The position numbers were made by a program, and so were the translations under genes. From Zootoca vivipara (lineage: Eukaryota), in the NCBI RefSeq assembly GCF_963506605.1, contig NC_083282.1, positions 95,790,001 to 95,854,000 of the forward strand: DNA of 64,000 nt, given 5' to 3'. A model generated the notes under the pieces. It saw only the letters and a program-made list of their open reading frames with translations. It did no database searches and was not told the DNA's origin. This document shows positions 38,801 to 51,200 of this stretch, piece by piece (positions within the stretch are counted from its first letter, which is position 1; every line of letters begins with the position of its first letter).

Positions 38801-41800
38801 ATAGCGGCCAAAAAGAGGCCCCTATTGGGTACAGGCAAACAGGATCTGAGCACAAGAGCGACTCTCCCAGCAACTCATACCCAGAAGCACTGTTGCCTCC
38901 ACGGCCTCTGGACCCCCACTCCAGGCTCCCACCTGCCACAATCGCCTCCCGGTCTCCCTCACGGCTGGGCCGGATGCGGACAAACTCCTGGCGCAGAAAC
39001 GGGGCCACATCCGTATTGCTGTTCACAAAGACCCGGACAGGGTTCTTCAAGGAAACGGAGGCCAAGTCTTTCACCTGCCAGAGAGGGGGAAGCTTCATCA
39101 GCCCTGCCATGAAGGTCCCGCTAACACTCCACTCCTCCAAAGAGAAGCAGGACATCCCAGTCCAAGGGAGATCACAGGGAGGTCACTGTTCTGTAGCAGA
39201 GCACCAAGATTCAAATACAGGTGAAACTCGGGAAATTAGAATATTGTCAAAAAGTGCATTTATTTCAGTAACACAACTTAAAAGGTGAAAGCAATGTTTT
39301 TTTAATCATTTTTATTAAATTTTCCATTTTAACAATCCAATCCAATCATATAAAATATTCCATATTTTACAGATACATATCAAATCGTCCAAATATTCTG
39401 CCAAATTATAATTTTGGGGGGACTCCCCATGCTTTGGAAGTTCGGAGGGCTCTAATCAACATCATAATCCTACTGCATTTCAAATCTTCTGATAATTCTT
39501 ATTTCTCTTCTGTTGTCGTCCTTCCTTCATTCACAGTCTCTGAGTTATTTCCACAAGCGAATTAGAACAGACAATAATATATTACTGTGTGGATTTTAGA
39601 ATCAGAATCATAGAGTTGGAAGAGACCACAAGGGCCATCCTGTCCAACCCCCTGCCAAGCAGGAAACACCATCAAAGCATTCCTGTCAAGCCTCTGCTTA
39701 AAGACCTCCAAAGGAGGAGACTCCACCACACTCCTTGGTAGCAAATTCCACTGCCGAACAGCTCTTACTGTCAGGAAGTTCTTCCTAATGTTTAGGTGGA
39801 ATCTTCTTTCTTGTAGTTTGAATCCATTGCTCCGTGTCCGCTTCTCTGGAGCAGCAGAAAACAACCTTTCTCCCTCCTCTATATGACATCCTTTGATATA
39901 TTTGAACATGGCTATCATATCACCCCTTAACCTTCTCTTCTCCAGGCTAAACATACCCCGCTCCCTAAGCCGTTCCTCATAAGGCATTGTTTCCAGGCCT
40001 TTGAACATTTTTTGGTTGCCCTCTTCTGGACACGTTCCAGCTTGTCAGTATCCTTCTTGAACTGTGGTGCCCAGAACTGGACACAGTACTCCAGGTGAGG
40101 TCTGACCAGAGCGGAATACAGTGGTACTATTACTTCCCTTGATCTAGATGCTATACTCCTATTGATGCAGCCCAGAATTGCATTGGCTTTTTTAGCTGCT
40201 GCATCACACTGCTGACTCATGTCAAGTCTGTGGTCTACCAAGACTCCTAGATCCTTTTCACATGTACTGCTCTCAAGCCAGGTGTCTCCCATCCTGTATT
40301 TGTGCCTTTCATTTTTTTGCCCAAGTGTAGTACTTTACATTTCTCCTTGTTAAAATTCATCTTGTTTGCTTTGGCCCAGTTGTCTAATCTGTTAAGGTCA
40401 TTTTGCAGTGTGATCCTGTCCTCTGGGGTATTAGCCACCCCTCCCAATTTGGTGTCGTCTGCAAACTTGCTCAGGATGCCCTCAAGCCCATCATCCAAGT
40501 CATTGATAAAGATGTTGAACAAGACTGGGCCCAAGACAGAACCCTGTGGCACCCCACTAGTCACTACTCTCCAGGATGAGGAGGAGCCATTGATGAGCAC
40601 CCTTTGGCTTCGGTCAGTCAGCCAGTTACAAATCCACTGAATGGTAGCATTGTCTAGCCTGCATTTTACCAGCTTCTTTACTAGAATATCATGGGGCACC
40701 TTGTCAAAGGGTCAATTATAAATGGAATGATATCGGGTTCTTATCTCATTATACATGATAAGCGATCTTCAGCCATCTCAACCCTTGCTTTTTCATGCAA
40801 AACCATTTGCAGTCGTTTGCGGTCATCAACAGCTATCAGTCAGTCAATCACCCATTTCCACCACCCTTCTGAGTGATCCCCCCTCCCCATCCCCACCCCT
40901 CCCCACCCCTTCTCTACATAAGTGCCTGGAAACTTCCATTTCACTGTATCTGAAGAAGTGTGCATGCACACGAAAGCTCATACCAAAATAAAAACTTAGT
41001 TGGTCTTTAAGGTGCTACTGAAGGAATTTTTTTATAAATGGAATGTAATTAATGAAATGAAATGGAATGTAATTAATGAAATGTAATAGCAATGTTTATT
41101 TTTGTATTATTGTAACTATTTGTATTATTGTATTATTGTAACTATTTGTTTTATTACTGTGGAATTTCCAAAAGAAAGCATTTGTAAAAATTAAAAGGAA
41201 AAGGAAAAATAATAAGTTGCAGTAATGATATAAATGCACTATTCGACGATATTCTAATTTTCCGAGTTTCACCTGTACATTACAAGATTCCCGTGGCCAC
41301 TTCCTATCCACCCAGTGCATCGTCACAACTGCACCCTCCCCAGTCTCCTCCCTGGGTCTCCCTCGGTACCTCGTCTGTCATGGTGGCAGAAAAGAGCATG
41401 GTCTGGCGATGTCGGGAACACAGCCGGATGATCTCCTTCATCTGCTCTTCAAAGTACTCGTCCAGCATCCTGGGGGGAGCGGGAGAGGCAGGTCAGGTGA
41501 GCAAGTAGGGTAGGGTGAGGGGAGGGGTGAGGGCTCCTGCTACAGGCACAAAAACTGACAACCCAGCCTGTGCCAAAAGGCAGGTCTGGGCTAGGACTGA
41601 GATCCCAGGGGATGGGGCAGCACCCTGCAAAGAATGGCTACAAGGGAAAAAGGAGCAGAAAACAAGAGGTGTGCAAAGTAACACACTGGGTGAAGAAAGA
41701 AGAGAGGGAGATGTTTTTTCTTTCCCTTCCTCATAGTACTGAAAGGTGACATGACTGCCATCTTCAAGTATCTTAAGGGCTGTCACATGGCAGAGGGAAC

Positions 41801-44800
41801 AAGACTTGAACCCATGGCTTCAAGTGACAAGAAAGGAGATTCTGGCTATAGACATATGGAAAAACTCTCTGGCCGTAAGAGCTGTTCGACAGTGGAGCGG
41901 TCTCCCTTGGGAGGTGGTGGACTCTCCTTCCTTGGAGGTTTTTAAGCTGAGGTTGGGTGGCCATCTGCCATGGATGCTTTAGCTGAGATTCCTGCATTGC
42001 AGGAGGTGGGACTAGATGACCCTTGGGGTCCCTTCCAACTCTACTGTTCTATGAATCTATGGTACTAGAACCCCAAGGAGCCGTCAATTAAAGCTGAATG
42101 TTGGAAGGCTCAAGGCAGATAAAGGGAGGACTTCACACAGTGCATAAACCAGGCGTGCTGATGGCCACAAACTTGAAGGGCTTCAAAAGAGGACAGAGGA
42201 GAAGGTGGCTGCCCATGGCCAGGGCAGCCTACCTCTGAATACGGGGTTTTGGGGTTCACAGCCTGGAGAGAGCTTTGCTCTCATGCTCAGGTCCTGCTTC
42301 TGGGGTTCCCTAAGCAGGCCTCTGATGGACCTCTGCTGCGAGAGCAGGATGCTCGCCTGGGTGGGCTTCCTTTGGCCTGATCCTGCAGCCAGGCCTCTTG
42401 GTGTTCTGAGGACCTCTCCCCCCCCCACCTGCCTGCGCCCAGAGATTCCCCTCACCGGTCAGCCTCGTCCAGGATGAGGACCTCAATGCTGCCCAGGTGG
42501 AAGGAGGGGCAGTTGTGCAGGTGGTCAATGAGGCGTCCGGGGGTCGCGATGAGGATGTCGGGGCCCGAGCGCAGCGCCGCCTCCTGGGTCTTCAGGTCCA
42601 GGCCCCCTGCAAGGACACAAACCGGGTGGGGGCATCAGCTCCCCGAATGCACTGCAGCCACCTTGCTAGGCAGGATGGGTGCAAACGAAGTCACACACCC
42701 ACACACACACCCCGGAGGCTGAACAGCAGCCTTCTCCATCTTCCAGGTCCTGCTCACTCACCCACGGCCAGACAGGCGGTGACGCTGGTGAACTGCGCCA
42801 GCTGCTTCGTGACGGAGTGCACCTGAATGCCCAGCTCCCGAGTGGGCACCAGAACCAGCACCCGCGTCACTGGGGCTTGGCGGGGCTTGTAGATCAGGCG
42901 CTCCAGCACAGGCAGAATGAAGGCCGCTGTCTTCCCTGAAGACAAAGACAGAGATCAGCCTCCTGCCCCACCCCAAGCCATTGCCCCCACCCCACCCCCT
43001 TGAACCCGGGGCTTACCTGTCCCTGTAGCCGCACATGCGCAGATGTCCTTCCCCAGGAGCCCCACAGGGATGCAGGCCTTCTGGATGGGGGTCGGCTGCT
43101 TGAAGCCCAGGGCGGTTATTGCCTGCCAATCACAGCCGTTGGGAAGAAGCCAGTGTGAGCAGGTCTCTGCCCTACAACTATGCAAATCATAACTTGGAAC
43201 GCCCCTCAACATGCTGCTCTCTGGCTTCTCAGAGAGACTGGGTCTCCAAACTGGCATGGGCAGCAATCCCAGCATATGATCATTTCAGGGTAGATAAATG
43301 GGAAAGTGGCCATTTCTAGCTCAGCCTGGTTGGCTACTGCCCATACACAGCTGAGGGGCGTCTTCAGTGCAGGAAGGCTAACAACGTCACCCAAGGCATT
43401 TGGCATGCTTGTTGGCCTAGCAGAATCCAAGAGATCTAGTTACAGGTAGGTAGCCGTGTTGGTCTGACATAGTCAAAACAAAATAAAAAAATTCCTTCCA
43501 GCAGCACCTTAAAGACCAACAAAGTTTTTATTTTGGTATGAGCTTTTGTGTGCACAGAATCCAAGAGAGAGAGACTGATCTACGCTCAGACTACAACACA
43601 AGGGTAACATTTTATCATCTCGAGGCAATACTTCAGGTAATTTTGCTGATAGCCTACAAAGGCAGTAAATCTAGTCTTTCTGCAACCTAGTGACGAATTT
43701 TCCCGTGTATAACATGCCCTCATGTATAACACGACCCCTGTTTTTTTGGACTCCAAATAAAGAAAGCCCCCATATGCACTATCCATGTATAAGAAGACCC
43801 CCAATTTTAAACTTGAAAAAATAGGGGGAAAATATATTCTTATACATGGAAAAATATGGTAAATACTAATACTAATAATACTAATAATAATAATTACAGC
43901 CCCAGAAAGTGAAATACTTGATTCTGGTGGCTCGTTTGATTCTGAATGTCAGGTGGCTAAGTGCTCTCAGAAACTTTAGAAAATAATCAGAATTTTTAGG
44001 AAAAGTGGTTTTTTATACTAGAGGAACCAATCGCAGAATGTGGTAGAATTTCTTCCTTCAGCTTTGGACAGTTGAGTCATGTGATAATGGAGAAGAATTC
44101 AACTAGATTTCGGAGATTTGAATTGTGTGGACTGAGGGAAACGAAATATCCCACTGAAGCAGCAGGAACCAATTTAGACAGCTGTTTTGACTGCAAATTG
44201 TGCATGCACAAAAGGTCAACACAGTATCTTCTTGTAGCATCTACAGATCTACCTTCAGCTTTTGATTTGATAGACAGAGTTTGGTCTAAGCTGCTCAATA
44301 CGAATATTGATAAAAGACTATTGATTTTAATTTAAACCCCATATTCTTATGCTCATCTTGAAGTGAAAGGTTAAATGTCCACCTTACTAACCCCCTTTTA
44401 GCAAATAAACTGGACTGACAACTGACAAGGACCCCCTCTCCCCACATGAAGTGACCCTGACCCTGTGATCATCACCTGAGGCCCTTCTTCTGATGCCTCC
44501 TCCATGAGGTCCAGAGAGCGGGCAACACCTGTTCTGCTGTGGCTCCTCATTTGTGAAATGCTCTCCCCAGAGAAGCTCGCCTGGCGCCTTCATTACATAT
44601 CTTTAAGTGCCAGGCAAAAACCATTTTTCTTCAACCAGGCCTTTGACTGATTAACATTCTACAGCTTTTTTAATGTGTTTGCGGGAGGAGTGTTATGGGT
44701 TTGTTTTTGTTTTCTTATGTATTTTGTGGTCTCCTTTTGTATTTTTATGTTGTGAACCACCCTGTGATCTTTGGGTGAAGGCTGGCATACAAATTTAAAT

Positions 44801-47800
44801 ATAAATAAACAAGAACTTCCTTCTTCCATCCTCCAACTACAGGCTCATTTAAGGTCCATTTACCCAGAAGCCTTGAGCCGTTAACAGTACAGTGGAACCT
44901 CAGTGAAAACGTTCAAAAACCAAGGAGCAATGGGAGGTCAGCAAAATCCATTGAGAAAAAAAGAAAAAAATGCAGCAGAATCTGTTCGACTTCCAAGACA
45001 CATTCGAAAACAGAAGCAACTACTTCCGGGTTTTTGGTGTTCAGTTTCCAAAATGTTTGGCTTCCAAGACGCTTAAAAACGAGGTTCCACTGTATGGTGA
45101 ACATCCTAATGTTATCTTTGCAGCTAAACAGTAGTTTTTTGTTTTTCTGTTTCTTTTGTTACTTTGATTTAACTAGGAAAGGCATGTTTGCCTTACCTAC
45201 TTCTGGAACCCCAAAAGCTGTCAAATGTGATGACTCAGTGTGGCTGAGATTTGCCCCTCCAAAAGAGACTAGGCAACCACCTTCGCCATCTCCCTCTGAA
45301 AGAAAGCAGGAACTGGCTACCTTCAGCAAAGGCCGGGAGAGGTTCATATCTTGGAAGGACAGGCTGTCATCGTACTGTGAAGCATCTTCAAAGAACTGCT
45401 CAGGTTCCTAGAAAGGAGGATCAGAAAGAGAAAGCCTGCAACACCGACCCACAACATGAGAGAAGGACCCCTGTTTCTGCAGGTATTCCTTCTCACCCCA
45501 GCACCACCCAGCATCCAAAGGCTCACCTCTCCACCTCGCTTCCTTTTCCGTCGCTGCTTCACCTTGAGTGTATCTGTGAAAAATGACACAACCACCGCAA
45601 AAGGATGAGCAGAACACCTTGCAAATCAGAGAGCAGCAGCACCTACTAAAACCTCAATTCATGCAGCTACGTGCAAAAAACATGTCAGCTGCCCCACTGT
45701 AAGGCACAGAAGATGCACACTTGCTCTCTTCTGCCCCGGTGCCTGCACAGCACATCCATCATCATGCTTACCAGCTTTTGTGAAGATGCTCTCATCTGCC
45801 GAAGAGTACTCAGACTCCAACTCCTCCTCCTCTGCATCCTCCTCCTCACTTCCTCTGGCATCCACCTTGTCTACATTCTCCTGTGTAGCCTCCTCAGGAT
45901 CTTCTTTTGCTGGCCCTTGTTTAGCTTTCTTTTCCTAGAAAAGACCCCCCCAAATGGGACATTATTTTTCCTGCCCAGCCTCCTTCTCTATGGCCAAAGA
46001 GTTTATTTTGACCCAAAACTGTAACAATTTCATTACAATTTGCCAAACTGTAACAAACAGCATACAACAACTACATACTCCAAAGCATCAAGCGTTTAAA
46101 GAAAGGAAGTCACGAGTTTGTATCATCTGCTAGTTCATACCTAGCTTAACTTCCATTAGACCTCTGAATCTCCAGCGCAACTTTTTGCAATATCGTTTCT
46201 TTTGCTCATCTTTCTTGCAGCCAGAGCATAAAGCACCACTTTATGTGACACAAATCTGTTAGCGTCAAATATGTTAGGGAATTGTTTCTGCCATTGTAAG
46301 CCTGCTTCTAAACTTCCTTCTCTAAGATTCCACAATTAAATAACGTTCCACAGAACCAGAAAAACTGCTTGAAGATTCTCTAAGGGTCCCTACAGAGATG
46401 CAATCACACTGTAGGCACCTTGTGCAAAAGGCAAAGCCCACACAACACTTTCATGGTTCACACATGTTGCCCCATCCAGAAGCTGATCCTGCATTAAGCA
46501 GAGGATTGGGCCAGAAAACCTTCCAGGCCCCATTGCCCTGACTTTGGGATACTGAAAATGGGAAGTTCTGTTGTGCTTGGATAAGTCATTCTGCAGTCAG
46601 AGAAGTTCCCCTGCACATGAAAGTTGGACACTACTTTTGGAAGGCAGTACAACATGCACACACAGGTGCACCAAGTAGTGGGGATTGAGGGGTTTTCAGC
46701 CCCCCCCCATTTTTCAAGGAGGGGACTGGGCTGCCCCAAAATCCTGTGGCCCTGCTCCGCCTCCTCCTCCCTGTCTGATGTCGCGCGGGGAGGAGGTAGC
46801 TGAGCATGGAGCCCAGCTCTGCGCTCCCCATTCCCCACCCAGCATTCGAGTGCTGGCACATGATGTGTAACATGCTGCATCACATGATGCGCCCCTGCAA
46901 TGTTGAGGGCAAATCACCGCCCTTATCCACACACATACAGGAACCCAGAAGATCCCAACCAGGTGGGAATTTCTAACCTGGGCTTTCCTTTTCTTTCTTA
47001 CAGTTGCAATCTTCTCGTCCAGGCTAGTAGCGGATCTCTGCACAAGAGAAAACAAACAAGGTGAGTACAAGAGTGAAAACCCAAAGGTCAGGAGGCTCCA
47101 GCAGGATGACCTCATGGGAATCCTAAGGCACGGAGCAACCTTTCCATCTTGACTTTGCAGGTCTCAGGGGGGGACAGAGAGAAGGCCCAGGAACCTTTTT
47201 TGCTCCAGAGGAGGGCAAAACAGAATTGGCACTGGCTTCAGAGAAGTTGCCCTGCCGGATCATGCCAGAAGGTGAAAGGTTTTTTTTGGGGGGGGGGAGT
47301 GATGGCACCCAGCACGGCCCCCGGGGCCCCCAGGTAGGTGCCCCTGCGGAGCCCACCCTCTCCCCGCGAGAGCCAGGTGCACCTCTCACCTTCCCCTTGA
47401 GCTGCCTCAGCACCTCCGCCCAGGGCCCTCCGCTGGGCCCTGCCGACGCCTCGGTGAACGCAAAACCCACTGCGAAGTCTCCGCCGCGGCCGCCGCGCCC
47501 CACAGACAGCTCCTGGGGGAGACGAGAGACGAGAGATGCGAGCGGAGAAAAGATGGAGCGAGGGTGGGAGAGGGAGAAGGGGGCAGAGGGAGAAAAGAGG
47601 GAGAAAGGAGGAGATGGAGAANNNNNNNNNNNNNNNNNNNNNNNNNNNNNNNNNNNNNNNNNNNNNNNNNNNNNNNNNNNNNNNNNNNNNNNNNNNNNNN
47701 NNNNNNNNNNNNNNNNNNNNNNNNNNNNNNNNNNNNNNNNNNNNNNNNNNNNNNNNNNNNNGAAAGAAAAGACGGAAGGCACCGCCGGAGAGGACGAGCA

Positions 47801-47947
47801 GGGCAGGCGCTGCGAGGCTCTCCCTCCCCGCCACCCCCTCTTCCCCGCCCGCTCGCCTACCTCGGCCTCGGAACCGCTCTCCTCCTCCTCGGCCTCCTCG
47901 CCGCCCGGCCCGCCCAGCCTCGCCCGCCATCCTTCCCCGAGCTCCAT
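35875..47947 (-). CDS. DDX27: DEAD-box RNA helicase DDX27 (DRS1 orthologue), 21 coding exons, 759 aa
   Basis: Exons: 47947-47861, 47512-47390, 47037-46978, 45934-45772, 45573-45527, 45407-45321, 43122-43017, 42935-42762, 42606-42456, 41469-41370, 39074-38933, 38444-38291, 38192-38111, 37960-37783, 37674-37568, 37241-37139, 37011-36914, 36805-36676, 36549-36459, 36082-36005, 35893-35875 (2280 nt). Motifs [42 protein letters not shown]. Exon 1 is the least certain (divergent, and across the N gap). Confidence 0.95.
39598..40708 (-). mobile_element. CR1 LINE, 3' 1.1 kb of ORF2 with frameshifts
   Basis: [45 protein letters not shown] in three overlapping ORFs, plus a (GATTCT)-type 3' tail. Confidence 0.95.
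40730..41031. mobile_element. Penelope-like element fragment
   Basis: Shares its terminal ~90 nt with the 8.6-8.9 kb element. TSD TTATAAATGGAATG at 40716-40729 and 41032-41045. Family name from recall. Confidence 0.7.
43435..43554. mobile_element. Penelope-like element short fragment
   Basis: Same sequence as 8608-8725. TSD CAGAATCCAAGAGA at 43421-43434 and 43555-43568. Confidence 0.8.
44070..44380 (+). mobile_element. Degraded LINE reverse-transcriptase relic
   Basis: Translation [30 protein letters not shown] resembles the RT motif D..xAFD...LW.KL. Confidence 0.5.
44890..45092. mobile_element. Tigger/pogo-like MITE
   Basis: Perfect TIR CAGTGGAACCTC / GAGGTTCCACTG with TA TSD. Confidence 0.8.
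47622..47761. other. Assembly gap (140 N) in DDX27 intron 1
   Basis: Run of N flanked by GA-rich sequence. Confidence 1.
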
Positions 47948-48268
47948 CGTGGTGTCGGAGGGACCGGAAGTGCAGGGCGCCGGGTGCGCCAGACACAGAG
48001 CACCGCCCGTCCGCCACCCTTTCCCTTCCGCCGGGGACGGCAACCGGGACGCAGAGGTTCCCTCCGCGGGCGGGGCGGGGCGGGGCCGGGTGGGAAACGC
48101 CGCCCCTTGTGGGGAGGAGAAGCGAAAGCGAAAGCGGGGGCGGAGCCTGCCGGGAAGGGGAAAGTGAAAGTCGAAACTGAGCTGAAAAGGCGGCGGCGGC
48201 GGAGGCGGAGGCGCAGAGCCTGGAGGCGCCTCGACGGGCAGGAGCGGAGCGCAGAGCGGAGCGGAGCC
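47948..48268. promoter_or_regulatory. Bidirectional CpG promoter DDX27(-)/ZNFX1(+) with tandem IRF-E/ISRE motifs
   Basis: ETS CCGGAAGT 47964-47971, GC boxes 48068-48085, GAAAGCGAAA 48124-48133, GAAAGTGAAAGT 48160-48171 followed by CGAAACT. Confidence 0.85.
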
Positions 48269-51200
48269 ATGGACGGGCGCGGGCGAGGAAGGGGGCAGCA
48301 GCGGCGGCCCCGAAGAGAAGGAGCGGGAGGCAGAGGTGAGAGCCATCATAATATATATTAATATAAATAATAATAATTTATTATTTATACCTCGCCCATC
48401 TGGCAGGGTTTCCCCAGCCACTCTGGGCGGCTTCCAACAAAAAATTGAAAATACCTTAAAGCTCTCTCACCATCAAAGGAACCCAAGTGAACAGCAGAGA
48501 AGCTACACAAGCGACGCTGACAAAAAACCCCACACATTAAGCAGAATAGAAACATTGTCACCCGACTCCCCCCCCCCACACCCATCTACCTCTCTTCCCC
48601 TTTCCTCCCCAATGTCTCAACAATGTCTCCCCAATGTCTCAACAAATGAAACTGATTTGTAGAAATGTTATGAGAGACATTGCACGTATCTTTGTAAGCC
48701 AAGAAAACTACACACACACACAAAAGCATCAGTCATTTCAAGCGGAGGAGAAGCAGAGCTTTCCGGGACTAGGGTGGGAAGCTCGACTGAGGCAGGAGGG
48801 GAGGCTCTGCTCACAGCCTGCGCTTCTCGCAAGAGCACCGGAGGGATCCGGGAAGTGGGAAGGGATCCCCAAGGGTCGTCTGACTCAACCCCCGCAATGC
48901 AGGAATCGGAGGGTCCCTGACGGATGGCCACCCAACCTCCGGTTTAAAGCCTCCAAGGAAGGAGGGTCCTCCCCAGAGTCAGGACTTCAGACACCCAAAG
49001 AGTAGAACTAGGGACTGCTTCTGCCCCTCCCAGGGCGACCACGGGAAGGCTGGCGCGGGGGGGGGGGCGCGTCTCCCGGAGCACCGCGTCTCCGCCGTTG
49101 TCAGGTTTGGCGTTAGCGGAGAGCACCGGTGTTCTCCCGGGACGAGAAAGCGAAAAAAGGAGCCGAGCAATGGCTTCAGCTTTGGCGGCTGGATCTGGCC
49201 CAGCGTCCCCTTCCCGCCGGAGTCAGCCGCGCCCTCCCCCCCCCCCAAGGAAAAGCCCCGTTCTGCGGCTCGGGCTTCCTCTTGGCAGCAGGCAGGAGGC
49301 TGTGCGACCCCGCCCGGACCGGCAATCCCCCGCCCCCGGTCCATCGTTTCTTGGGGAGGAGCAGCCAAATGGGAGGAGCCGCCCATTTCCCTCCCAGCGC
49401 TCTCTGGATGCTGTCCTTGGGTGGAGAATTCAGTCCCCGCCTAACTTTGGAGGGGAGAAGCCAAAGTTAACCCCTGGTGGGAGGGGGCAGAAGGGGGCAG
49501 CACCCAGGTGAAGCACAGCTTGGGCACCTGCTCAGAGACTCTCTGTTGTTGTTTAGTCGTTTAGTCGTGTCCGACTCTTCGTGACCCCATGGACAGGGGC
49601 GTACCCAGGATCAAAACTAGGGGGGGGCAAGGGGCGGGGCCAAGGCACGGGAGGGGAGGGGCCACAAAGTGGGAATGTGGGCGGGGCTACAGAGCCCAGG
49701 TGAAATCAAAATAAACCTGAAGCGACGGCGGCGAAGGGGAGAAAACCAGCGGCCGCCTAGAGGAGAAGAGGGAAGTCTGGGGGTGGGCGGGGGGGGGGAG
49801 AGAAGGGAACCAGGCTTGGATCGGGGCCTCCGCGGAGGTCTGGAGCAAAGCCCCGGCCTCCGCGAAGCTATCCGAGGCTCCGTTGCTGCAGCGGTCTCAG
49901 GCGCTGAACGACTCCCGACGTTCGGGAGACCTTTGAGCACAGCCGCGCTGTGCGCATGCGCCCTGCACGGCGGCCGCCGGAGTCCACAGCCGTGCTGTGC
50001 GCATGCGCCCCGCTTTGCGCATGCGCAAAGGTCTCCCGAACGTCGGGAGCGTCAGCCCTTGCCCCCTCCCACACAGCGCGGCTGTGTGGACTCCGCACGG
50101 CTCGGGCGCAAGAGACTGCTGCGGGCGCCGAACTCGCGCTCCGCTGGGCTGTCCTCCGCCTCTGCCCACCAGCCCCGCCGGCAGCGCCACTCTTGCCCGC
50201 AGCTGCCCGACCGGCCCTGCCTCTAGAGTAGGGCAGCGGCCCCTCCCTGCCCCGCGGTGGGTACGCCCTTGCCCATGGACCAGAGCACGCCAGGCACTCC
50301 TGTCTTGCACTGCCTCCCGCAGTTTGGTCAAACTCATGTTCGTAGCTTCAAGAAGACTGTCCAACCATCTTGTCCTCTGTCGTCCCCTTCTCCTAGTGCC
50401 CTCAATCTTTCCCAACATCAGGGTCTTTTCCAAGGATTCTTCTCTTCTCATGAGGTGGCCAAAGTATTGGAGCCTCAGCTTCACGATCTGTCCTTCCAGG
50501 GAGCACTCAAGGCTGATTTCCTTAAGAATGGATAGGTTTGATCTTCTTGCAGTCCATGGGACTCTCAAGAGTCTCCTCCAGCACCATAATTCAAAAGCAT
50601 CAATTCTTCGGCGATCAGTTCCATACATCACTACTGGGAAAACCATAGCTTTAACTATACGGACCTTTGTCAGCAAGGTGATGTCTCTGCTTTTTAAGAT
50701 GCTGTCTAGGTTTGTCATTGCTTTTCTCCCAAGAAGCAGGCGTCTTTTAATTTCGTGACTGCTGTCACCATCTGCAGTGATCAAGGAGCCCAAGAAAGTA
50801 AAATCTCTCACTGCCTCCATTTCTTCCCCTTCTATTTGCCAGGAGGTGATGGGACCAGTGGCCATGATCTTGGTTTTTTTGATGTTGAGCTTCAGACCAT
50901 ATTTTGCGCTCTCCTCTTTCACCCTCATTAAAAGGTTCTTTAATTCCTCTTCACTTTCTGCCATCAAGGTTGTGTCATCAGCATATCTGAGGCTGTTGAT
51001 ATTTCTTCCGGCAATCTTAATTCTGGCTTGGGATTCATCTAGTCCAGCCTTTCGCATGATGAATTCTGCATATAAGTTAAATAAGCAGGGAGACAATATA
51101 CAACCTTGTCGTACTCCTTTCCCAATTTTGAACCACTCAGTTGTTCCATATCCAGTTCTGACTGTAGCTTCTTGTCCCACATAGAGATTTCTCAGGAGAC

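Larger units (their letters stand above)
39218..41275. mobile_element. Tc1/mariner-like non-autonomous element hosting nested insertions (DDX27 intron 10)
   Basis: About 60-bp imperfect TIRs starting CAGGTGAAACTCGG.AAATTAGAATAT, TA duplicated on both sides. Confidence 0.85.

Noticed and set aside
47123-48421. Long ORFs spanning the N run
   Set aside because: Artefacts of translating through the gap; they include DDX27 exons 1-2.
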